NCBI GenBank assembly: GCA_965603825.1 | Contig: CBFDEM010000041.1 | Location: 1-64,000, forward strand | Origin: Blepharisma stoltei ATCC 30299 | Taxonomy: Eukaryota > Protista > Ciliophora | DNA: 64,000 nt | Reading direction: 5' to 3' | Shown: one piece after another, positions 12,287 through 23,267 of the stretch | Numbering within the stretch: position 1 is the stretch's first letter | How the letters are laid out: each line of letters starts with the position of its first letter | Made by a program: the position numbers and the translations under genes | The notes under the pieces: generated by a model | Databases searched by the model: none | The model's input: only the letters and a program-made list of their open reading frames with translations | Told to the model about the DNA's origin: nothing

Positions 12287-13237
12287 ATGGCTAGATCATT
12301 ATCATTGTACAGTGAGCTTCAGCGTCTGAAACCTGGGCATGTACTTTTTAAGCCAAAACATATCAGATCTAGAGACAAATTGCTATTAAAATATAAAAAC
12401 ACAAGAAAATGCAAGAAGGAACCTAAAAGAGCAAAGCTAACTAAGCCACTGCTATTAAAATCAGCAAGAAAAAATGTGAATCAATGCTTGCAACGCAATG
12501 GAAAATTGCTCTTTGCTTGGGATGGCAATATTGTAAAGCTAAATCTAAAATCTATGAAAACGGTCCAGAAAAGTTCTTCTCTAAACCTCACATACCCTGG
12601 AGGAGTAGTTATGTGCGCAATTCCAGATCAAAAATTTTTTTGCGTTGACTGTCAGGGAGGATGAATATTTGTCTTTGACATAAAACTCAACATTTCTATA
12701 ATAAAAAGTGTAGAGCTAAGGAAATGAGGCACAATTATCTATCTTAACGGATTAATTTACGAATTTTTAGATATGGAAAATAGTTATCGAGCACTAGAAA
12801 CGTATGACTTAAAGACTGATAGGCGCAAAAAAGTAGCGCTTATCAAGAATGATGGTTTCGGCATTGGTGTCGTTTGCGCTGTCTTTGAAGAAAAAATTGC
12901 TTTTACAGCAAATGGAAGTGTCAGAATTTTTGACCCTTTTTGCAATAGTTGTTCAGAGGCATTGAAATTAGATCATCAATGAGGCTTTACTCTTTTAGTT
13001 GCAAATGATAAATTGTATTGCATTCAATCTCATGGCCTTGTTTTTGAAAGCATCGCGAGAGACTTCACGCAGTGGATTTGCATTGGGAGAAACACAATTT
13101 GCTATGGTATTTATGGTCTGCCATTATATTCGTTATATGATGGCTCGATATATTTTGTTGGCGCCCCAGTAAATCCTTCTTTGTATGAGTTCAATCTAAA
13201 AACTCGAAAAATTGTGTTTATTGATCATTTATTTTAA
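12287..13237 (+). CDS. Kelch-like/beta-propeller protein, copy 1 (316 aa)
   Basis: Three ORF fragments join with TGA=Trp. Basic N-terminus, then beta-strand repeats (IIYLNGLIYEF, YDGSIYFVG, LYEFNL). Confidence 0.75.
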
Positions 13238-13792
13238 ATGATGCATAATCTAATGTTGCGTTGCAAAATTAAAATTTTCGCAATTTATGTAAAATCTAAG
13301 TTTGAATGATAATACTTAATATTTGTCTAATGATCTCTTAGTAAGCTCAAGTTAAATCTTTCTAATTAATATTAATTGGCACTACGCCTGGCGATAGAGA
13401 GTATAATTCTAATTTTCAAATTTTCAATTATCATTTTAATGAAATATTTAATATATATTATCAATATTTCTGAGAATACTCTATTATGATAAACGAAAAT
13501 AAGGGCTGGAAAGCGTATATCAATAAAAAGACATATTACTCCTAAATGCAAGGATCTAAAAATATAAGAATAAAACTTAATAGCAACAGAAAAAAATCTT
13601 AGTTATAAATGAATTACAGAAAGGATGAAATGGTTTCCTTAATCTGTAGATGGACTAGGGTCTATGATATTCCTAATAAAAATTTTTATTTGAATATAAA
13701 AGAGGTTTAGAATTCACCATTGACCAAAAGCTTAAGGTCTCTGAAAACAAAAATATTGATAAAATGGAAGTATATTTCTTTAATACATGCAA

Positions 13793-13942
13793 TTGTCATA
13801 GCTTATCTGATGGCATCTGACACATCCATTTTGAAAAAGCTCTATCTATAGTTCAGTCGATTAGACCTTGTGTACTTCCCAATGAAGGGTTTCAAATGCA
13901 ATTAAAATCTCAGTCCCCATTTATGCTTTCGCAATTAATATA
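13793..13942 (+). pseudogene. Duplicated 3' tail of the DUSP gene
   Basis: Near-identical to ~12090-12240 (GTCATAGCTTATCTGATGGCATC...CAATTAATATAA). Lacks the 5' part and catalytic motif. Confidence 0.85.
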
Positions 13943-13989
13943 ACTCTTTTGTATACAATAATCAATTAAATTTAGTATATTATCTGATA

Positions 13990-14955
13990 ATGGGTAGGAC
14001 ACGACCACAAATAAGCTACAATGAGGTTTATTGTCTGAAACGCGGGCATGTGCTTTTTAAGCCAAAACATATCAAATCTAAAGACAAATTGCTATTAAAA
14101 TATAAAAACACAAGAAAATGCAAGAAGGAACCTAAAAGAGCAAAGCTAATTAAGCCACTGCTATTAAAATCAGCAAGAAAAAATGTGAATCAATGCTTGC
14201 AATCCAATGGAAAATTGCTCTTTGCTTGGAATGGCAATATTGTAAAGCTAAACTTAAAATCTATGAAAACGGTCCAGAAAAATTCTTCTCTAAACCTCAC
14301 ATACCCTGGAGGAGTAGTTATGTGCGCAATTCCAGATCAAAAATTTTTTTGCGTTGACTGTTGGGGAGGATCAATACTCGTCTTTGACATAAAACTCAAC
14401 ATTTCTATAAGAAAGAGTGTAAAGCCAAGGCTATGAGGCACAATTATTTATCTTAATGGATTAATTTACGAATTTTTAGATATGAACAAAACTTATTGAG
14501 CACTAAAAATGTATGACTTAAAGACTAATAGGCACAAAAAAGTAGCGCTTATCAAATGTGATGGTTGCAGTATTGGCGTCGTTCGCGCTGTTTGCGCTGT
14601 TTTTGAAGAAAAAATTGCTTTTACAGCAAATGGAAGTGTCAGAATTTTTGACCCTTTTTGCAATAGTTGTTCAGAGGTATTGAAATTAGATCAGCAATGA
14701 TACTTTACCCTTTTAGTTGCAAATGATAAATTGTATTGCATTCAATCTCATGGCCATGTATTTGAAAGCATCGCGATAGACTTCACGCAGTGGATTTGTA
14801 TTGGGAGAAACACAATTTGCTATGGCATTTATGGGCTGCCATTATATTCGTTATATGATGGCTCGATATATTTTGTTGGCGCCCCAGTAAATCCTTCTTT
14901 GTATGAGTTCAATCTAAAAACTCGAAAAATTGTGTTTATTGATCATTTATTTTAA
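13990..14955 (+). CDS. Kelch-like/beta-propeller protein, copy 2 (321 aa)
   Basis: Tandem paralogue of 12287-13237. Intact with TGA=Trp. Confidence 0.75.
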
Positions 14956-15159
14956 ATGACGCATAATCTAATGTTGCGTTGCAAAATTAAAATTGTCGCA
15001 ATTTATGTAAAATCTAAGTTTGAATGATGATACTTAATATTTGTCTAATGATCTCTTAGTAGGCTCAAGCTAAATTTTGCTAATTATTATTAATTGGCAC
15101 TAATTTAATTGAAATTTTAAAAATCATCATTTTAATAAAATATTTAATATATATTATTA

Positions 15160-15760
15160 ATCATCCTAAATGAATTACACAGAAAGGATGAAATTGTTTC
15201 CTCAATCTGCATTATTATTAGGGTCTGTGATATTCCCAATAATAACTTTTTGCTTGTATTTAATAGAGGTTTAGCAATCATCATTGATCAAAAGCTTAAG
15301 ATTTCTGAAAACAAAAATATTGATAAAACAGAGTTATCTTGATAGGCTGATTTATGCATTTAATAGAAGGTCTAAAAGTACATTACTTAAGAAGCATAGA
15401 TGAAGAAAAGCTGCAACTATAAATTTATAAATTTTAATGGGATAGTGTTTCTAATGAGAGTTTTGAAGAAAAAATTACCATGCTGGCACGATGCAAAGGA
15501 TATTTAAAAGTTTAAGATCTTTTTTGCAATAGAAGTTCAAAGGTATTAAAGCCTGAAAAGGTTTTATTTCATCTATCCTTTTAGACGACAGTAAATTGTA
15601 CTATATTCAACATGAATTTTTGAATTTGAATATTTTAAAAGAAACTGTAAACGATATTTTGCATTGGAAAAGATGCATTGTCTTATTTACTAATAGTATT
15701 CCATTCCACTCATGATATAATGGCTTAATGCATCTTATAGGGAGTATTGAAACTTGTTTG
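15160..15760 (+). pseudogene. Decayed older paralogue of the kelch-like gene
   Basis: Patches resembling the kelch-like CDS (GATCTTTTTTGCAATAG, AAATTGTACTATATTCAA, TGCATTGGAAA) with many stops. Repeated at ~17000-17590 and partially at ~13600-13770. Confidence 0.55.
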
Positions 15761-15857
15761 ATTTCCCTCGCAATTTGGTGACGTCGACATCAAATTTGTC
15801 GTTGGAAGAGTCCACAGGATTCTAAGTAATGTTAAAAGCAAACTAATTAATTAAGCA

Positions 15858-16043
15858 AGCACTGCAATGCTAGCAGTTATCGATTTTGAGCTATTATCAT
15901 AGCTAATCTGAAGGCATCTGACCCATCCATTTTTAAAAAGTTCTTTTTATAGTTCAATCGATTAGGCCTTGTGTACTTCCCATCGAAGGGCTTCAAATTC
16001 AATTAAAATCTCAGTTCCCATTTATGCTTTCGCAATTAATATA
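15858..16043 (+). pseudogene. Second, more decayed DUSP 3' fragment
   Basis: GCACTGCAATGCT (H-C-N-A remnant) followed by a degenerate match to the DUSP 3' end. Confidence 0.75.
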
Positions 16044-16090
16044 ACTCTTTTGTATACAATAATCAGTTAACTTTAATATATTATCTAATT

Positions 16091-16910
16091 ATGGATTGGG
16101 TACCACCGTTACCATCACTATTTTCCGGACTTTATACACAGAAACCTGGGCAAGTGCTTTTTAAGCCAAGACACATCAAATCTAGAGACAAGTTGCTATT
16201 AAAATATAAAAAATCAAGAAAATACAAGAAGGAACCTAAAAGAGCAAAGCTAATTAAGCCACTGCTATTAAAATCAGCAAGAAAAAATGTGAATCAATGC
16301 TTGCAATCCAATGGAAAATTGTTCTTTGCTTGGAAAAAACATATTGTAAAGCTAAACCTAAAATCTATGAAACCGCTACAGAAAAGTTCTTCTCTAAGCC
16401 TCTCATACCATGGAAAAGTAGTTATGTGCGCAATTCCAGATCAGAAATTTTTTTGTGCTGACTGTCAGGGAGGATGAATATTTGTCATTGACATAAGACT
16501 CAGCATTTCTATAATAAAAAGTGTAGAGCCAAGGAAATGAGGCACAATTATCTATCTTAACGGATTAATTTACGAATTTTTAGATATGGAAAATAATTAT
16601 TGATCACTACAAACATATGACTTAAAGACAAGTAGGCGCAAAAAAGTAGCGCTTATTAAGTGTAATGGCATCAGAATTGACGACGTTTGCGCTGTTTTTG
16701 AAAAAAAATTGCTTTTATAGCAAATTGAAGTGTCAGAATTTTTGACCCTTTTTGCAATAATTGTTCAGAGGCATTGATATTAGGTGATCATTGAGGCTTT
16801 ACTCTTTTAGTAGTATTGCATCCAATCTGATGGCTTTGTGTTTGAAAGCATCGCGAGAGACTTCACGCAGTGGATTTGCATTGGGAGTAACACAATTTGC
16901 TATGGTATTC
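16091..16910 (+). pseudogene. Kelch-like copy 3, frameshifted and truncated
   Basis: 1-nt loss at ~16701 gives TAG at 16718-16720. A further deletion lies at ~16811, and the 3' end is deleted at ~16910. Confidence 0.75.
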
Positions 16911-16999
16911 TCAAGTTAATCTTGCTAATTATTATTAATTGGCACTAATTTAATTGAAATTTTTAAAAGCATTGTTTTAATGAAATGTTTAATTTATAT

Positions 17000-17590
17000 T
17001 CCTCAGTCTGCAGATGGACTAGGCTTTGTGATATTCCCAATAATAACTTTTTGCTTGTATTTAATAGAGGTTTAGCAATCACCATTGATCAAAAGCTTAA
17101 GGTCTCTGAAAACAAAAATATTGATAAAACAGAATTATCTTGATAGGCTGATTTATGCATTTACTCCAATATATAGAGACACTATTTAAAAAAGTTAGAT
17201 GAAGAAAAGCTGTAGCTATAAATTTGTGAATTTTAATGGAATAATGTTCTTAGTGCAATTTTTAAAGGAAAAATTGCATGCTGACACAGTGCAAAAGATG
17301 TTTAAAAGTTATGATCTCTTTTGCAATAGAGCTCAAAGGTTTTAAAGCCTAAAAAGTTTCTATTTCATCTATCTTTCTAGATGACATAAATTGTACTACA
17401 TTCAACATGAATTCTTGAATTTGAAAACTTAAAAGAGGCTTTAAACGATATCTTGCATCGGAAAAGATGTATTGGCTTATTCACTAATAGTATTCCATTC
17501 CACTCATGATGTAATGGCTCAATGCATCTTATAGGGAGTATTGGAGCTTTTTTGAGTTTAAAATTAAAAATAACGACATTATTAAGCTTA
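17000..17590 (+). pseudogene. Decayed kelch-like relic, duplicate of 15160-15760
   Basis: High nucleotide similarity to ~15200-15750. No open frame. Confidence 0.55.
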
Positions 17591-17630
17591 TCCAAAAACT
17601 TTACATTAATTTTGGTTTATTCTAATGTCA

Positions 17631-18125
17631 TTACTGATTTCCCACATTTTTGCATCCCTCACACTTGCACAAAGCTGTGCAGGGTTTCCCAGCTTCATAG
17701 CATTCACAGTATTTTTTTACACAATTCGACCTCTTGCAATGGCAAGCTTTTTGAATTGTGCTGAAGTCTTCCCTAAAAGCGCCTGGATTTCTTTCGATGA
17801 TCTGCTTGACTGCTTCTTCTCTTGCATTTTCGTAGCTTGGCAGATTGTGACAATTATGGCAATTGCAGCCAATGCAATACCTATTGTTTGCAAAGCACTC
17901 GCAATAGAGCTTTAAACAGTGCGTTCTTTGACATCCACAAGGATTTGGTGCAGTTTCTTGCTGCTCAGTTTTCACTTCTTCTTCATTTTCTATATCCATG
18001 GCTTCTTCGACAGCTCGAATGCTGAAATTGCCTATGGATGGCAGAGAAGTCAAGCAGAATTTGGTGAATGGTGAAATTGGTGACATGTCCCCTCGAGAGA
18101 TTTCTTCTTTGTTTGGGTTGTCCAT
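17631..18125 (-). CDS. CRC (tesmin/TSO1/LIN54-like) double CXC domain protein
   Basis: PCGCQRTHCLKLYCECFA...C.CHNCHN, RNP.AF and CHCKRSNCVKKYCECYEA motifs. Confidence 0.92.
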   Translation of the reverse strand: MDNPNKEEISRGDMSPISPFTKFCLTSLPSIGNFSIRAVEEAMDIENEEEVKTEQQETAPNPCGCQRTHCLKLYCECFANNRYCIGCNCHNCHNLPSYENAREEAVKQIIERNPGAFREDFSTIQKACHCKRSNCVKKYCECYEAGKPCTALCKCEGCKNVGNQ

Positions 18126-18482
18126 AAGGTAAAATCTAATATAAACAAAATCATAATGAAACTAACGATATTCAATTGCTACATAAAGCCAAAAAATACA
18201 CTGGTTAGGATAGAAAAAGTGATCAGTTAAAATTAAAGCATATATATTAATTTATTACTGCTGCTGCTTAAGCAGACTTAAATGCACGAAGCTAAAAAAA
18301 TTTTTTGATGTCAACTTTTGGACATTTTCCAGTAATCAAAAAATAGTTGTGATTCTCCTAGAAAATCAAGCCAAAAGCTCATTTAAATCTCGCTTACTTA
18401 TTTCTTAGTATCTATTTTAATCCTTATAACTAAACCAATTAATACTTTATCCTTTTGTGCTTGCTCTCAAATAATTCATATC

Positions 18483-18689
18483 ATGGCATCTAAGATTAAT
18501 CCAGAAGCTGCAACTCTGCAAGAAGAAGAAAAAGAGGAGCAAAATGGTCAAGAGCAAGCTACAGTCAAAAAGCCATGACTCAGTCAAACTCAACGTCGAT
18601 TTTTAGTCGGTGTCGGGGGTGCAGGTGTCCTCGGCTTAGAACTCTACCTCATCCTCTACTCAATTAGCATTTTTCTCCCCTCTAATTAG
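18483..18689 (+). CDS. Small tail-anchored membrane protein (68 aa)
   Basis: MASKINPEAATLQEEEKEE..KP-W(TGA)-LSQTQRR, then hydrophobic FLVGVGGAGVLGLELYLILYSISIFLP. Missing from the ORF track because of the TGA. Confidence 0.6.
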
Positions 18690-18717
18690 TCCATTCTGTA
18701 TCTCTAAATATAAATAA

Positions 18718-19068
18718 TTATTCTTTAATATCAAATTTTACTTTTATCCAGCTGATTGCTTTGTCAGATACTTCTTCAGCCTTATGCAGCCCCATTTTCT
18801 CAATTATCTCATACGATTTATCACTTCCTTCTTTCCCAGTTCAGCTAAAATAAGAAAATAAAGAAATTCTTGCGATCAGGAAAATCGAATTTGTAAAATA
18901 GATCGAAAATCACTCGACAACTGTGAAACAGATCCAATAGACAAGCCAAAACCTGTCAGTTTTCTCTTCAGGCTCTTTTTCCTTGGTGATGAACTTCAGA
19001 GTTAAATATAAAGGCATAGCAACTCCTACAGCAAACTCAACCCAATATAGCAGAAAGAGCACGAACAT
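18718..19068 (-). CDS. HVA22/TB2-DP1 (REEP/Yop1) family protein, 116 aa
   Basis: VGVAMPLYLTLKFI...DRFWLVYWICFTVVE-W(TGA) is the family signature. Missing from the ORF track. Confidence 0.8.
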
Positions 19069-19094
19069 ATTTTTTATTACTCAGGTTTATTAAG

Positions 19095-19430
19095 CTAATT
19101 CAGGCATCTCATCATTTCTTTTTCGTAATAATCCACATTGTATTTTCGGAATACCAGCTCTCTGCAGACAGTTGCGCGGATTTTCTTCCCGCCTAAGTAG
19201 TCTACCTTGACTTCCCCAATCACCATATAAAAAGACTGCAGAGAGACAGGGAGATTGACTAGGTCAGTCTCGACCTCTATTGTAGAGATATTGTCTAGGC
19301 CTTGAAGAGTCAGGTTCTGGTTTTCAAATTTAAGTGCCATGCCTTGTGTGCGAACTACATTGCTAGGCATGGAGCTCATTAAGACTTCTTTGACCGTCAT
19401 AAAGCGTCCTGGTTTAAAGTTTAAGTTCAT
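19095..19430 (-). CDS. TEN1: TEN1-like single OB-fold protein (small subunit of the CST complex)
   Basis: KPG, VRTQG, VETDLV, SFYMVIGEV, IRATV and NVDYYEK align in order with recalled human TEN1 segments KPG, LRTFG, VCTKLV, SLYIVLGEL, VKARV and NLPLLEQ. Confidence 0.7.
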   Translation of the reverse strand: MNLNFKPGRFMTVKEVLMSSMPSNVVRTQGMALKFENQNLTLQGLDNISTIEVETDLVNLPVSLQSFYMVIGEVKVDYLGGKKIRATVCRELVFRKYNVDYYEKEMMRCLN

Positions 19431-19437
19431 TAATTTA

Positions 19438-20550
19438 TTAATCGTTTATGTTATCATTTTTCAGTCTATTTCCATCTTTCCACTCCCCTTCTTTCCTTTC
19501 TCCATTTGCAGATGTGTAGATTCCTCTTCCATGCTGCTTCCCATTGAGCCAAAAGCCTTCATACTTCCTTCCGTCAGGCCACATAAAAATTCCGAACCCT
19601 TCCTTTTTATCGTCAATATAGTCACCTTTGTAGCACCTTCCGTCTGGCCATGTAAAAATCCCTTTGCCGTCCATCTTGTTGCTAAGTCAATCTCCAACGT
19701 ATCTTCTTCCGTCACTCCAACAGTAAGCTCCATGGCCATGGATATTATTGTTGTCAAATTCTCCGTCAAAAGTACTCCCATCGCACCATATAAATTTACC
19801 TTTTCCATGCTTTTTGCCATTGATATACTCGCCTTCATATCTGCTTCCATCAGGCCACTCCTCAACTCCTTTTCCATGCTGTTTATCATTTTCCCACTGT
19901 CCAGCATACTTTCCCCCATCTGTATGTGTGTAGACTCCATATCCGTGGGCTTTATCATCTTGTCATTCTCCATCATATACGTCTCCATCTCCATGAATGA
20001 GTCTTCCTTTTCCACTAGCCCTGTCATTTTTCCAGTATCCTTCATACTTACTCCCGTCATTCCAAATTTGCACTCCTTTGCCATGTCTTTCTAGCTCTTT
20101 ATTCCAATCTCCAATGTAGACTGCTCCGTTTTCTAGTTGTACAGGGCCTTTGGAGAAAGTGGGGACTCCGTCATTCAGCTGAAAGTTATAGACAAATGGC
20201 TCTAGCTTCCTTGCAGCTGCAATTGTGCTTGCATTGGAGTATGATGGTATTTCTCCTTCAATTTCGTGCAATGAAGTGCGTGGGTATTGGCAATGAGATA
20301 GCAGCCTTTGAAAAGAAGGAGAGGCTGTTCTTGCGTCTTTTAAAATTGCCCTATCTATGAATCCTCGAAGTACTGATTGAAGTTTGACTATAGAAAGAAT
20401 GTCTATTTGTAAATCGATATTGATGGAAGTTGAAAAATCTTCAGGAGCTGCGTGCTCTTGTTTGAATTGGGAGGAGTGGATTTCTTTGAAAACGTTTAGC
20501 TGGTTGTCTTCTGATGTCTGATCTTTGAAGCACGCGCACTTTTGGCCCAT
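19438..20550 (-). CDS. MORN-repeat protein with IQ-like motif and N-terminal MGxxCxC acylation signal, 370 aa
   Basis: Repeated YEG.W....HG.G...W.DG, with TGA at MORN Trp positions (e.g. 19963). [11 protein letters not shown] is IQ-like. Confidence 0.9.
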
Positions 20551-20905
20551 GAGTTATTTCAGCTATTTTATTTTAGATATTAGAATTATCGAAATAAATT
20601 AAATAATCCGCTAAGACCTCAAAAAGAGATCTATATGTGCAAAGGGCATTTTTTATAAAATTCTTTAGTAAATAGACTATTATTCGTTAGTATTTTATAA
20701 TATTTAAGAAATTTAGGCGAATTCATAAAAGTTTAATTGAAATTTAATTCATAGTCTTCATGGCTTTTAACGGTAAGTTTATATGACTAAACTATTTTCA
20801 AAAATTTAATTTGGGATTCCATACAAATCATAGCTTCCTTTATCGGAAACTATTAAGGACTGATTAATTATATATCTTCAAAAGAATTTTTTCCTTTTCT
20901 AAAAA

Positions 20906-20978
20906 CGACTCCGGTGGGATTTGAACCCACAACCCCCAGATTAGAAGTCTGGTGCGCTATCCGTTGCGCCACGGAGCC
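20906..20978 (-). tRNA. trnR-TCT: tRNA-Arg(TCT), intronless
   Basis: Reverse complement reads GGCTCCGTGGCGCAACGGATAGCGCA CCAGA CT-TCT-AA TCTGG ... GGTTCAAATCC, followed by oligo-T. Confidence 0.95.
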
Positions 20979-21070
20979 TCGAAGATTTCCTTACTCATCA
21001 GCTATTTATCTGGCTCCTCGTAATCTGAAAATTAAGTTTAATGCAACTACTTCAAAAGTAAAAAAATCAA

Positions 21071-21331
21071 TTAAAGTTCTAAGGATTTAAGATTTAACAT
21101 AGATCCAAGCAGATCTGATGGATCATATTCTGCAGCCTGATGTTGTTCAATGATGAACTGCGTCGTGTTATGAGGAGCCTTGGGTGGGAAGATTGTGTGT
21201 TGATTTTGCGCTCCTGACTTTGGGTTGGGTCTGGATTTCATGCTCAGGGTAAGCTGAGTCCGCTTTATGGATTTTCTTTTGCTGAGTTTTCTGCCTGGAG
21301 CAGGAGCATGCTTGGTGTCAGGTTGTTTCAT
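21071..21331 (-). CDS. HEXIM-like mini-protein (86 aa)
   Basis: Basic patch RKLSKRKSIKR followed by PKAPHNTTQFIIEQH, compared with HEXIM APYNTTQFLM. Confidence 0.65.
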   Translation of the reverse strand: MKQPDTKHAPAPGRKLSKRKSIKRTQLTLSMKSRPNPKSGAQNQHTIFPPKAPHNTTQFIIEQHQAAEYDPSDLLGSMLNLKSLEL

Positions 21332-23267
21332 GTGATTTCAGATTTCGCTGCTCTATATCTTGTTTAAAGTTTATGGTTAAGAAATGGTCTACCTAAAGAA
21401 GTCTTTGAAAGCTCACTAAGGTAATAGAAAAATTTAATAAATTAAATAAGATGAAATAATGAGGCAAAGCCTGCGTCTTAAGTATATCATAATAAAGCTT
21501 GCTGTATCTTGTATTCCATCAAGAATGAATGCATTAAGCTATGATAAATTTGATTAATGAATCTAAATAAAACTTATTTAAGGATTCAATATCCTTGATT
21601 TGGGATGTTTATATAAATAAATTTGAATTTAATATATCGAATACTATCTTAAAAATTTAACGTTATATAATTGCATCATTCATAAAATGATATTTCGGCT
21701 CTTTTCAATTTAAAAAGCAATTTGTAAAAAATCTATACATATATCATTTTAATTTCGACAATAGCTCTGATTTAACGATTAAGCGCTTGAAATTATGAGC
21801 TTTTCTATTGCAGAATCGTGCAGTCTTCTTTTTTAGCTTTAAAAAGTTTTACTAGCATTTTGACTTAACTCAATCCGAGCATACCTAAGATGTCTGACTA
21901 AATATTAACATTTTCATAAGCATGACGCAAAAATAAAAATATATCCAGAATATTCTATTCAGTAATATTTTAAAAGTATCTACCCAAGCATTGTTGCTTT
22001 TAAAATTTCGACTTCAAATTCTACTAAAATTAAGAGCTACCTTATATTTCAATATACTCGTAAATTTTTCACCATAAATGCTAGCCTATGCTATTATATT
22101 CAGATTGAATAAACTTCTTCTAAATATTGCAAGTGATCATAAATTGACTTAATTTCTATAAGATTAATTCATGAGCTGCTAAAAAGTGCAAAAAGAGGGC
22201 AAATGGGAGCCTTCTGGTAAAAAAATTCAATTTTAGGGAAACTTGCAGATATTAATTTTTTGATAATGAGATTCAACTCAAGGAGAGGATTCGTAAGCTG
22301 ATGTGAAGGTAAAAAAAGCAATAAATTCACAAGCTAAGCTCAATTACTAATAAATATTATAAATTTTACGATTTCAAACAGAAGATAATGCTGTGCCCTG
22401 GGATTAGATTTTGACTAATACTAGAGCTACCAAAGACTTATCATTTGGAGTGTTATTCACTTTTAGAAACAACTATCCAAAAAATTCATAAGAAGGCAAT
22501 GTAGAGTCTTCTCTTTTTCTTTAAGCAAATCCGATAATTTAGCCATGCACTAAGGTGGCAGAAGTAGCGTCAACTAAGAAATGACTTCCCAAGATCTGGC
22601 AAGTACTGAAGCGCATCTCTTCTCAGCTGCAGTGAACAACAGCTCTTTACTCTCCAAGTTGTTGAAGGAAAAAGTGCTATGATCAGAAGGACCTACTTTC
22701 AATTCCAGCTATAAGAAAGGCAGCAGAAACCTACCTGCTTATACATTTGCTAAGCTCCCCTCAACCTTAATGTTTAGACTGCATCATTACGAGTACTTGC
22801 TGCATGCTTCGTCATTAATGAATTTTATGGTGAGTTTTTTTCAATTTTCTCGCATTTTCAAGGGCGTGCAGTCAAAAAATCTGGTTGAGGCACAATGAAA
22901 TAAGGCAAAAAATTCTGCAGAAATTAAAATTGAAATATAGCAAATCGAAAAATAAATCTGATTATTTTTTTAGCTGCAACTGAAGCTAAAGAGAATGAAT
23001 TAATCATTTAAAAATATATATAGTAATGAAAATGCAAAAGCAATAACAAGTTTTCATATTTTAATATTTATTAAAATAAAAGCATAATTTAAAGCTATTT
23101 AATTATGATTTACAGTTATCAGACCTTTTATAAAACATAAATTTAATTGTATAACTTTTGCGAAAAATTCCTTAAGTCTGCAAAATTTACTATTTTTTAT
23201 GAAAATTCGAAAAATATTAGCTGATCAATATGCAACAATGGCTGATATTCCAATATAAAATTCCAAC

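Noticed and set aside
15772-15796. Short inverted repeat AATTTGGTG-ACGTCGA-CATCAAATT at a duplication junction
   Set aside because: Only a 9-bp imperfect stem, with no TIR/TSD or second copy seen.
19339-20094. Long antisense and alternate-frame ORFs over the MORN gene
   Set aside because: By-products of repetitive MORN codon patterns. The same applies to antisense ORFs over DDX11, PP2C, DnaJ and others.
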